Made by a program: the position numbers and the translations under genes
In this document: piece after piece, positions 8,973 to 17,499 of the stretch
Position numbering within the stretch: the first letter of the stretch is position 1
Layout: each line of letters starts with the position of its first letter
The notes under the pieces: model-generated
The model's input: the letters and a program-made list of their open reading frames with translations, nothing else
What the model was told of the DNA's origin: nothing
Databases searched by the model: none
NCBI RefSeq assembly: GCF_035285525.1
Contig: NZ_JAYKGW010000138.1
Coordinates: 13,894 to 45,893 of the forward strand
DNA length: 32,000 bases
From: Okeania sp.
GTDB taxonomy: Bacteria > Cyanobacteriota > Cyanobacteriia > Cyanobacteriales > Microcoleaceae
Direction of reading: 5' to 3'

Positions 8973-11900
8973 ATGAAAGGGAATAAAATCATACTGACGG
9001 AAAATAAATCCCCTCTAGGAATTTGGGCACAAAAAGCCTTGGGACTTTCAGAAGTACAAGTACAAGTAAGATTGCGTGGCAATCACTTACATATCCTCTG
9101 TGAAGCCCAAAAATGTCCCGAAATGAATTTTGCCGTGGGTCGGTTTTCTCAGGCGCTGAGTCAGATTGATATAGAATCTCTACTACCTCCTCATCAACCT
9201 CGAATTTACCAGATGTTTCTGTGTGGCCGGACTTTAGGCAAGAGGCGACCTGACTGGACAGTAAAACTTGATAGTAACAAAGTATCAACTCACAATCAGA
9301 AGGTAAATACTCCAGCTAATTCTTATTTAATATCTGATTATGTTGCTCCTCAAAATTATGCACAAAATGCTCGTGGCAATCAAACTTTACCTGAAGCAAA
9401 ATTAACAAAAGTTGGTGCTGGACAATCTTCTCAACTGGGTCTCCAGGAAAATACTCCCTCTAAATTACTCTTAAATTATCATTCAGGTCTGGTCTCGACA
9501 AATGACACATTAGACCATCTTAACTTTTCATCACCATCATTAGATTCAGAGAATTTTTCTGACACTGAACCAGAAAAGTCCAAGTTTGAAGCACAGCTAG
9601 ATGACATCAAAAAATCAGGTCGATATCTACTTGATTCTCCTCTCACAGTTTCTTCTCAAAAATTAGCTGAATATGGCCACCCAGATGCAATAGCTAGTTA
9701 TCTGAGTGAAATTTTAGGCGAGTTGGGGGTCTCTGTAAATGTCACTATTCGAGAAAGACAATTTAAGGAAAAATTAACAGAAACAACTTCACAGTCCGAA
9801 GATCATGGGGAAAATAATAAACTAAAAACCAAAAAAATATTATGGGTATCCTGTGAAGCAGGTTATAGTCCTGACCCATCTTTATTAGCAGAACCAATTA
9901 CCCAAAAATTACGACAACTCAAGCTGAAAGATTTTCATGAAGCGTTAATTTCTCTTTTGGTTCAGGGTGAAACAGCACCTGACTGGATGTTAAGGGTAGA
10001 CATGACTCCCCCCGATCTAATGTTACAAGAATGGGCGAGTTGGGGGGATGTAGCAGCTATTGAAAGTTTACTTAAACAACAGTTAGCTACCCTCGGGGTG
10101 GATATCCGAGCTACTCTAAAAGAATCAACTTTACATTTATTTTGTACTAAAACTCATAATTCCCACCAACAATATCCAGATCAAAAAGAAACCAAACTAG
10201 CGATCGCTTCTCAATTAGAAAAAATTCTCCCAAGAGGTATCGAAGCTGCTACCATATACGGCTGTATTATCAATGAAAGTAAGTATAAAAAATCGGAATC
10301 ACCTCAATGGGTAGACTGGTTAAATTTACCAGCGTCAAAAAATCTCAGTCTATCTGTAAGTGCTAAAGTTTTGGCAAGTCAGGGAGACAATGAAGCGCTT
10401 AGTTTTTTGTTAAATAAATTACTGAATCCTAACCTGAATCAGAGATTGCAAACAGGTGGTATCCGGGTATTAATATTACAGAAGCAAGATTTATTGCACA
10501 TTATGAGCGAAGCTCCTACCTGTCCTACTCAGTCTATGGTAGGACCTGCGATCGCTGGTTTCTTGCGTCAACTGAAAGTTCCTGGAGTTAGTGGGGTTAG
10601 GGTTTATGGTCGTCGTGCTGGTCAAAAGTTGCCTTTGTGGCGCTATGGAGTTAATTTTGATGGAAAAAGTCACCAGCATTCTGGACCAACACCAGAGTTT
10701 GCGGCTTCTGTGGAAATGGATTTTTTATTAGGGAAAGAAGCGGATCATGTATTTCTAAAGTTAAAACCACAAACGACTGAAAATTTTGACTCAAAACTTT
10801 TGCTTCCTCAAAAGTATTCATTTACTGCACAAGTTTCTAGAAGTATTCAACAATTACTTATTGGTTCTCGTTTATTTCTTCCTAATGAGGAAGATTCGAC
10901 AAAAATAACTGATTCATTAAAATATAATGCTCGTAATTATGGTAAATGGGTTACTGCTCTTGTTTATGCAGCTTTGGGTATTTTATTTACAGTTCAAACT
11001 GATTTAAAAGTAGGTGCAATATTAGAAAGAGTTCCAGATATTTCGGAAGCAGAAAGTTTAGATGGAAAAGCAAATCCAGAATTGATAAATTATCCTACTT
11101 TTAATAGTTCCCAATTAGATGAACAATTAGTTCGTTATCAACAATATTTACAAGTAGAAAACAGATTACCAGATATTTTAATAGTTGGCAGTTCAAGAGC
11201 ATTAAGAGGAATTGATCCGACAATGCTGGAGGAAAGTTTAGCAAGTTTAGGATATCCAGATTTAAAAGTTTTTAATTTTGGGATAAATGGAGGAACTGCT
11301 CAAATAGTAGATTTGATTTTACGTCGAGTTTTGCCACCAGAACAATTACCGCCATTAATTATTTTTGCTGATGGAGTTCGCGCTCTCAATGGTGGTAGAG
11401 TTGATAGAACTTTTGATATTATTGCTAGTTCTGAAGGTTATAAACAAGTAGATACTGGTACTTTTAAAATTGGGAATAATGTATCAGATAAATCAGATGA
11501 TTTTGGCTTAAACATATTTCCACAAATATTCAAAAATATTCAGAAAAAAACAGAATCAATATCAGTTACTTATCAAGAGCGTGATCGCCTCAAGAACTTG
11601 CTTGTCTCAATTATTAATAATCCCAGAAATTGGAATGTTTTTAATCAAGAAGAAACCCTTGATTTAGAAGTAGAAAATTCTCCAGAGTTAGATGAATTTC
11701 AAGCCAATGGGTTTCTGCCAATTTCCATGAACTTTAACCCAGAAAAATACTATGAAAATCATGCTGAAGTTTCTGGTGACTTTGATGCTGATTATGCTGA
11801 CTTTAAATTAACCGGAAAACAAACAACAGCACTCAAAAATTTACTAGAGTATACTGAGTCACAAGGGATTAATTTTGTCTTTGTAAATATGCCTTTAACT

Positions 11901-12119
11901 ACACCATATTTAGACAAAGCCAGAACTGCTTATGAAAAAGAATTTCAAGAATATATGGAAGAGTTATCTTGGAAATATACCAATTTTATCTATCGAGATT
12001 TAGTTAGTATATGGCCTGAAAATTATGATTACTTTTCTGACCCTAGTCATCTTAATCATTATGGAGCGATCGCTGTTTCTCAAAAATTAGCTGAAGATGA
12101 TATTATTCCTTGGCAATGA
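8973..12119 (+). CDS. Large membrane protein with four tandem ~90-115 aa N-terminal repeats, a linker, one TM helix and a C-terminal SGNH/DltD/AlgJ-like hydrolase or acyltransferase domain
   Basis: 1048-aa ORF. The repeats share the pattern A(I/L)xxxLxxxLxxxGVxVxV...LH(I/L)xCE/S...P...L...(V)YG...PxW. The hydrophobic helix WVTALVYAALGILFTV is at aa 659-674. The C-terminal domain has ILIVGSSRALRGIDP (GSS block), FNFGINGG, IIFADGVRALN, FVFVNMP and SDPSHLNHYGA (DxxH...GA block). Confidence 0.75.
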   Translation: MKGNKIILTENKSPLGIWAQKALGLSEVQVQVRLRGNHLHILCEAQKCPEMNFAVGRFSQALSQIDIESLLPPHQPRIYQMFLCGRTLGKRRPDWTVKLDSNKVSTHNQKVNTPANSYLISDYVAPQNYAQNARGNQTLPEAKLTKVGAGQSSQLGLQENTPSKLLLNYHSGLVSTNDTLDHLNFSSPSLDSENFSDTEPEKSKFEAQLDDIKKSGRYLLDSPLTVSSQKLAEYGHPDAIASYLSEILGELGVSVNVTIRERQFKEKLTETTSQSEDHGENNKLKTKKILWVSCEAGYSPDPSLLAEPITQKLRQLKLKDFHEALISLLVQGETAPDWMLRVDMTPPDLMLQEWASWGDVAAIESLLKQQLATLGVDIRATLKESTLHLFCTKTHNSHQQYPDQKETKLAIASQLEKILPRGIEAATIYGCIINESKYKKSESPQWVDWLNLPASKNLSLSVSAKVLASQGDNEALSFLLNKLLNPNLNQRLQTGGIRVLILQKQDLLHIMSEAPTCPTQSMVGPAIAGFLRQLKVPGVSGVRVYGRRAGQKLPLWRYGVNFDGKSHQHSGPTPEFAASVEMDFLLGKEADHVFLKLKPQTTENFDSKLLLPQKYSFTAQVSRSIQQLLIGSRLFLPNEEDSTKITDSLKYNARNYGKWVTALVYAALGILFTVQTDLKVGAILERVPDISEAESLDGKANPELINYPTFNSSQLDEQLVRYQQYLQVENRLPDILIVGSSRALRGIDPTMLEESLASLGYPDLKVFNFGINGGTAQIVDLILRRVLPPEQLPPLIIFADGVRALNGGRVDRTFDIIASSEGYKQVDTGTFKIGNNVSDKSDDFGLNIFPQIFKNIQKKTESISVTYQERDRLKNLLVSIINNPRNWNVFNQEETLDLEVENSPELDEFQANGFLPISMNFNPEKYYENHAEVSGDFDADYADFKLTGKQTTALKNLLEYTESQGINFVFVNMPLTTPYLDKARTAYEKEFQEYMEELSWKYTNFIYRDLVSIWPENYDYFSDPSHLNHYGAIAVSQKLAEDDIIPWQ

Positions 12120-12154
12120 CCTTAGATAGTCTAAGTGCATTGTGTCATCTAAAA

Positions 12155-12510
12155 ATGTAGGTTCTTGTAGAAGGAAGTGAAACCTAACACGGGTCTTAAT
12201 AATGTTGGGTTTCGTTCTTCAATCCAACCTACCCTTAAAATCCACACTTTTAAGATGTAGGTTCTTGTAGAAGGAAGTGAAACCTAACACGGGTCTTACT
12301 AATGCTAATGTTGGGTTGAGGAACGAAACCCAACCTACCCTTAAAATCCACACTTTTAAGATGTATGTCCTTGTAGAAGGAAGTGAAACCCAACACGGGT
12401 CTTGCTAATGCTAATGTTGGGTTTCGTTCCTCAACCCAACCTACCCTTAAAATCCACACTTTTAAGATGTAGGTTCTTGTAGAAGGAAGTGAAACCCAAC
12501 ACGGGTCTTA
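12155..12510. repeat. Tandem repeat of 3.4 units of 100-106 bp, each a composite of two hairpin modules
   Basis: Units start at 12155, 12255, 12361 and 12467 (ATGTAGGTTCTTGTAGAAGGAAGTGAAACC.AACACGGGTCTT...). Each full unit carries a GTTGGGT-loop-ACCCAAC hairpin and a CTTAAAA-TCCACAC-TTTTAAG hairpin. Confidence 0.9.
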
Positions 12511-12554
12511 TTTCCCTGCTTCCAATCCTGAAACCAACTTTTTCATATAAAATT

Positions 12555-15416
12555 ATGTGGATTGTTAATCAAAATCAAGCTCATAAAAATCAAAACTATT
12601 TAGACACACTAATCAAACCAAAAATCGGTAAAATTATTAGCATTTTATTGATATTTTTTATATCAATTATAGTTACTATATTTATTATTCCAGCAACACA
12701 AGCTCAATATTTACCATTTCTCCAAGTACAACAAATTAGTTCTACAAAAGAAAATAATCATCCTTATGCAAAATTAGTTAATAGAACTGAAAAATTACCA
12801 GGAATGTTTACCCTTTATAGAGACCAACAAACAAGTAAAACATTAATGGAAATTCAACCAGAACAACTGAATAAAAATTTCCTTTCTGTGATTACTTTAG
12901 AATCTGGTATTGGTGAAGCAGGTTTAATTAGTGGTATACCCCTAAAAGATTTTGTATTCCAGTTACGGAAACACCAAGATAAGATTCAATTTGTATTGCC
13001 AAATATTAAATTCCGTAGCGACAAACTACACCCACAATCCCGCTTGATTCAACGTTCTTTTAGTGATTCAGTTTTATATTCTATTCCGATAGAAGCAACT
13101 CACCCTCAAACCCAGGCATTATTAATTGATTTAGAAAATTTATTGCTGGGAGATTTAAACTTACCATCATTAGAAGAATACTTACCTTATGATTACTCAA
13201 TAGAACATCAAAATTCTTATATTAGTGATGCTAAAGTATTTCCTTTGAATATAGAATTAGAGTCGGTTTATAGAATCTTAAATCAAGATAATTCAGGATA
13301 TTTAGAATCAGTGCCAGATAGTCGTGCTTTTAATATCAGAGTTCGCTACAGTTTTTCTGAATTACCAACAAATAATGGTTATATTCCTCGACTTGCAGAT
13401 GAAAGAGTAGGTTATTTTATTACTGCTTATCAAGATATTTCCAATAATAGTCGTCGGGAACCTTTTGTTCGTTATATTAATAGATGGAATTTAGAAAAAC
13501 AAATTCCTAGCGCACCTTTATCACCACCTTTAGAACCAATAACTTTTTGGATTGAAAATACAGTTCCCATCGAATATCGTGATGCTATTCGAGAAGGAGT
13601 TTTAATGTGGAATAAAGCTTTTGAAAAAGCCGGATTTATTGACGCTATTCAAGTTAGACAAATGCCTGATGATTCTACTTGGGATCCAGCAGATGTTCGT
13701 TACAATACGATTCGTTGGTCTACCTCTTTTGAATCTTGGTTTGAAGGCTATGGACCCTCCCGTGTAAACCCATTAACTGGGCAAATTTTAGATGCAGATA
13801 TTATCTTAGATGGAGGAGTTATTAGAAACATTAAATATGGTAATATAGGTGGTCTAGTTTTACAAAATCAATCTTTGGCTAAAGCTTTTAAAAATAAGGA
13901 TGGTAAAAATTATAATCCCTGTGTTTTAGATATATATTCTCGTTATTTAGATAGTCGAAAAATTGAGGCAGAAGCAAATCTTGCCAATAACAATATAGAA
14001 TCTATAATTCCTAAGTCTTTGCAAACACAATTTCTATCTTCTCATAACTCATCATTATCAAACTCCCACTCATCAGAACATTTTTGTTTTGGTTGGAACT
14101 CATCTCAACAGTTAGCAGTAGGAGCAATAGCAATAGATGTTTTGCCAAAAGTCATACCTGACACAAAAGATATGGAAAAGTACGTCAATCAATACTTAAA
14201 ACATCTCACTGCTCACGAAGTTGGTCATACTCTTGGTCTCAGACATAATTTCCACGGTAGTACCATGTTAGCTCCAGAAGAGTTGAATGATACCAACATT
14301 ACTCGCACCAAAGGTTTAGTTGGATCGGTTATGGATTATGTATCAGTTAACCTTGCGCCCCAGGGAACAACCCAGGGAGACTATTTTCCGGTTATCGTCG
14401 GTCCTTATGATGAATGGGCGATTGAATATGGTTACAAACCCAGTGGAATAGCTAGTTATATTGGTGAAAAAGGATTTTTACAAGACATTGCGAATAGAGC
14501 AGTAGAACCAGAATTATCCTATGCACCAGATGAAGACTCTTATGACATTCTCGATCCAGCAGCAAATAAATATGACCTCAGTAGTAATACATTGACTTAT
14601 TCTCAATGGCAACTAGATAACGCCGAGAATATCTGGCAAAAATTAGAAAAGCGTGTTCCCAGAAGTGATGAAAGTTATGGCGATATCCGGGTAATGTTTG
14701 ATACGGTCTTCTTTTATTATTTCCGGCAAATATGGAATGCTACTTTGTATGTGGGGGGTCAGTCGTTTAACCGAGAGAATATCAAAAACGTTGATGGTCG
14801 TTTGCCTTTTGAACCAATACCTGTAGAAAAACAACGCCAAGCATTAGAAATACTGAATAAATATGTTTTTAGTAAGGAGGCGCTACAGTTTTCACCAGAT
14901 TTATTGAATAAGTTAGCACCGTCACGTTGGCAGCATTGGGGGAGTCCTGTTCTTATTTTTCCTTTAGATTATCCAATTCAAGATCGGATTTTATTGGTGC
15001 AACAAGTAGTTTTAGGATCGCTCCTTTCTGATACTCGTTTAACTCGTTTACGAGATTCGGAGTTGAAGACAACGCCAGATAATGTTTTACACTTACCAGA
15101 ACTTTTTGATACTTTGCAAAATAGTATTTGGAGGGAAGTCTTGCAACCAAATGAGAAACAAGTTAAGATTTCCAGTATGCGTCGTTCTTTACAACGGGAA
15201 CATCTGAATTTATTAATTTCAATAGTATTGCGTAATCGTAGGGTACCTGAAGATGCTCGGAGTTTAGCTTGGTATGAGTTGCGACAACTGGATAAAGATT
15301 TGGAGAAAATAATTAAAAAACGGGGTAAAAAAATGGATGATTATACTAGAGCGCACCTAGAAGAAACACGCGCTCGGATTATGAAAACTTGGAATGCACA
15401 ATTAGAATCTAATTAG
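12555..15416 (+). CDS. Exported zinc-dependent metalloprotease (metzincin-type HExxHxxGxxH; DUF5117/DUF4953-like large protease)
   Basis: Zinc-binding motif HEVGHTLGLRH at nt 14214-14246, followed by a Met-turn-like GSVMDY. N-terminal signal anchor IGKIISILLIFFISIIVTIFIIPATQAQ. I moved the start to the ATG at 12555 because the ORF-track start at 12489 lies inside the last tandem-repeat unit. Confidence 0.8.
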   Translation: MWIVNQNQAHKNQNYLDTLIKPKIGKIISILLIFFISIIVTIFIIPATQAQYLPFLQVQQISSTKENNHPYAKLVNRTEKLPGMFTLYRDQQTSKTLMEIQPEQLNKNFLSVITLESGIGEAGLISGIPLKDFVFQLRKHQDKIQFVLPNIKFRSDKLHPQSRLIQRSFSDSVLYSIPIEATHPQTQALLIDLENLLLGDLNLPSLEEYLPYDYSIEHQNSYISDAKVFPLNIELESVYRILNQDNSGYLESVPDSRAFNIRVRYSFSELPTNNGYIPRLADERVGYFITAYQDISNNSRREPFVRYINRWNLEKQIPSAPLSPPLEPITFWIENTVPIEYRDAIREGVLMWNKAFEKAGFIDAIQVRQMPDDSTWDPADVRYNTIRWSTSFESWFEGYGPSRVNPLTGQILDADIILDGGVIRNIKYGNIGGLVLQNQSLAKAFKNKDGKNYNPCVLDIYSRYLDSRKIEAEANLANNNIESIIPKSLQTQFLSSHNSSLSNSHSSEHFCFGWNSSQQLAVGAIAIDVLPKVIPDTKDMEKYVNQYLKHLTAHEVGHTLGLRHNFHGSTMLAPEELNDTNITRTKGLVGSVMDYVSVNLAPQGTTQGDYFPVIVGPYDEWAIEYGYKPSGIASYIGEKGFLQDIANRAVEPELSYAPDEDSYDILDPAANKYDLSSNTLTYSQWQLDNAENIWQKLEKRVPRSDESYGDIRVMFDTVFFYYFRQIWNATLYVGGQSFNRENIKNVDGRLPFEPIPVEKQRQALEILNKYVFSKEALQFSPDLLNKLAPSRWQHWGSPVLIFPLDYPIQDRILLVQQVVLGSLLSDTRLTRLRDSELKTTPDNVLHLPELFDTLQNSIWREVLQPNEKQVKISSMRRSLQREHLNLLISIVLRNRRVPEDARSLAWYELRQLDKDLEKIIKKRGKKMDDYTRAHLEETRARIMKTWNAQLESN

Positions 15417-15476
15417 GAGAGTGTCGGGAGTCTAGGAAATCTGGGAAGAAGGGAGAAATACAGCAAATTTTGAGAA

Positions 15477-15534
15477 AATGATGTATAGGGTAAATGGTAA
15501 AAACATTGTAGTGCGGACATCTTGCTCGCAAGGC
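15477..15534 (+). repeat. Dispersed repeat family C copy
   Basis: AAATGATGTATAGGGTAAATGGTAAAAACATTGTAGTGCGGACATCTTGCTCGCAAGG. Confidence 0.6.
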
Positions 15535-15850
15535 AGAAAAATCACGGCATAATTCTTCCTCCTACTTTCTCTGTCTTCCCACACTTCCCACACTCCGCAA
15601 CCTCCCCACACTCTGCTTGATTCGGCAAACCCTACTTAGGACTTGCTGAATTATTTATCAAAGTGTTTATGGGCATTGCTTTCAGCATTTATAGATAGTA
15701 ATAAAGTACCAGCTTTTAGGTGATTCCAGTTTAAAAATCTAGGATTTTGGGCATTTTGAAGGGTAAAAAATTAGAGTAAGATTCTTCTGTACGGAGGTTG
15801 CATAAGGGCATCCACCTACTCTTCTACGATTCTTATTTCTCCTGACTTCT

Positions 15851-15888
15851 GGATTGCAGGATTGCAGGATTGCAGGATTGCAGGATTC
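15851..15888. repeat. Octamer microsatellite (GGATTGCA)x4 plus a partial unit
   Basis: Direct reading: GGATTGCAGGATTGCAGGATTGCAGGATTGCAGGATTC. Confidence 0.95.
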
Positions 15889-15953
15889 TGGCTCCTCCCC
15901 GCTACTAAAAGACTTTTTTAGCCAACCTTACTTATGGTTTCCTGAATAGATAT

Positions 15954-15985
15954 AAAAGCCTTCTCTGTAAAGGCTTTTAGCATTT
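15954..15985 (-). terminator. Candidate bidirectional intrinsic terminator between the convergent protease gene and msrA
   Basis: 9-bp stem AAAAGCCTT / AAGGCTTTT (15954-15962 and 15970-15978) with a 7-nt loop. An A-tract on one side and a T-tract on the other give a U-run on either strand. It lies ~150 nt downstream of the msrA stop. Confidence 0.4.
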
Positions 15986-16080
15986 TTAGATATGGAAAAA
16001 GTACCTGCTTTACGGTTCCCGAAAAATCAGCTCTTAATGCTTAAAAATTTACCATTTTCGGCAAAAGTTGGAAAAAAAAT

Positions 16081-16120
16081 TACTCCCCTACTCTCCTACT
16101 CCCCTACTCCCCTACTCCTT
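16081..16120. repeat. Octamer microsatellite (TACTCCCC-like)x5 ending 4 nt from the msrA stop codon
   Basis: TACTCCCC TACTCTCC TACTCCCC TACTCCCC TACTCCTT. Confidence 0.95.
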
Positions 16121-16124
16121 AACC

Positions 16125-16658
16125 CTACTGAGACACTTTATCTGGGAAATATTTCTTGAGTTTTTGCAACTTGGGCGGAATTGAAAATACACAATAAGGT
16201 TGAAAAGGATTCTTATTAAAATAGTTTTGATGATATTCTTCAGCTCTATAATAATCTCTTAAATCAACCACTTCAGTTACAATAGGATTTTGAAATGTAC
16301 CATTACTGCTCAAAGTAGAAATTACTTCTTGAGCAATATCTTTTTGTTCTTGGGAATGACACATAATCACAGAACGATACTGAGTACCAACATCATTTCC
16401 TTGTCTATTTAGTGTGGTGGGATCGTGAGTTGCAAAAAATATCTCTAATATTTCCTGTAGAGATATTTTTTCAGTGTCAAAAGAAACTTTCACCACCTCA
16501 GCATGACCAGTTCTTCCAGAACATATAGATCTATAGTCAGGATTTTTAGTATTCCCTCCAGCATAACCAGACTCTACTTCCTTTACCCCTGCTACAGCGA
16601 GAAAAACAGATTCTACACACCAGAAACATCCGCCACCCAATACAATTGTATCTAACAT
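16125..16658 (-). CDS. msrA: Peptide-methionine (S)-S-oxide reductase MsrA
   Basis: Active-site motif GGGCFWCVE, plus GYAGG, GHAEVV and DPTTLNRQGNDVGTQYRS. The ORF-track start at 16673 is a TTG. The ATG at 16658 (MLDTIVLGGGCFWC) gives the canonical N-terminus. Confidence 0.93.
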   Translation of the reverse strand: MLDTIVLGGGCFWCVESVFLAVAGVKEVESGYAGGNTKNPDYRSICSGRTGHAEVVKVSFDTEKISLQEILEIFFATHDPTTLNRQGNDVGTQYRSVIMCHSQEQKDIAQEVISTLSSNGTFQNPIVTEVVDLRDYYRAEEYHQNYFNKNPFQPYCVFSIPPKLQKLKKYFPDKVSQ

Positions 16659-17081
16659 TATTTTCTCTTCCAAATTTTGGCTTTAATGTACATTAAATAT
16701 TCATTGTAAACTGATTGTAGAGAAATAATTAGATTCAGATAATTGAAACCTTTATTAAATGAACTGTTATCAAAACTTATCAGCAGGATAAACTCAACAA
16801 AACCTCTGAAAATTTTGTCTTACAGGGTGACAAGCAAACTATATTTTTTAATCAAAGCTACCGAATTTAAAGTTTTTCCTTCTCAAGCAACTTTATTAAA
16901 TTAGAAAGCCATACTAAATCTAGTTTAAAAAGAAGATTTACTGTTTAAATAAAATTCTAACTTTTAAGCTAAAAAAACCCTGCAAGTTTTTATAACCTGC
17001 AAGATTTAATTATTAGTTTGTTCTGATATTTGGCTCATTGCAATCAGATATGAGATTTTGCCTATTAAATTTAACTAATAG

Positions 17082-17350
17082 GTAAGCATTCAGCCATTAA
17101 CTATCAGCTATCAGCTATTAATATCAAATCTACCTTTGGACAATAAAATCCATATTGGGAAAAACTTCAATCTTGGTAAGGTTTGGAGAAAAATATTGAA
17201 TTGTACCAATACTACTAGATTTGAAACTATTATTAAATTTATCCTCTAAAGATAATAGCTGTTTAGCTGCGCGACGTGGAAAGTGGAGCATTCCCTATAC
17301 GAAAAAGCGCAGCTCCTCTCCAAGAAACAAGCTGATAGCTGAATACTTAC
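17082..17350. mobile_element. MITE-like element, family A (269 bp)
   Basis: Left end GTAAGCATTCAGCCATTAACTATCAGC and right end GCTGATAGCTGAATACTTAC are inverted repeats. The interior contains a GCTGCGCG...GCGCAGC hairpin module also seen at 21955-21985. Confidence 0.55.
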
Positions 17351-17355
17351 ACTAA

Positions 17356-17466
17356 TAGACATCTCCAGAAAAGAGAGATTAGGAAATAGGAAATGGGAAA
17401 TAAAGGAAAATAATAGATGATTTCTGTCTGATAGTCGATTTAATTTTTTCCTGTTGGAGATGTCTA
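17356..17466. mobile_element. MITE-like element, family D (TAGACATCTCCA ... TGGAGATGTCTA)
   Basis: Perfect 12-bp terminal inverted repeat at 17356-17367 and 17455-17466. It is homologous in inverted orientation to 3892-4004. It lies 34 nt downstream of the collagen-like gene stop and abuts the family A element. Confidence 0.65.
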
Positions 17467-17499
17467 ATAATAGTCTTACTTTAATAGCGAAGTGATTAA

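Noticed and set aside
12250-12459. 69-aa minus-strand ORF
   Set aside because: It lies wholly within the 100-106 bp tandem repeat.
12489-12554. Upstream start of the metalloprotease ORF at 12489
   Set aside because: This non-ATG start and the first ~7 codons lie in the last tandem-repeat unit. The ATG at 12555 is still followed by the hydrophobic signal anchor.
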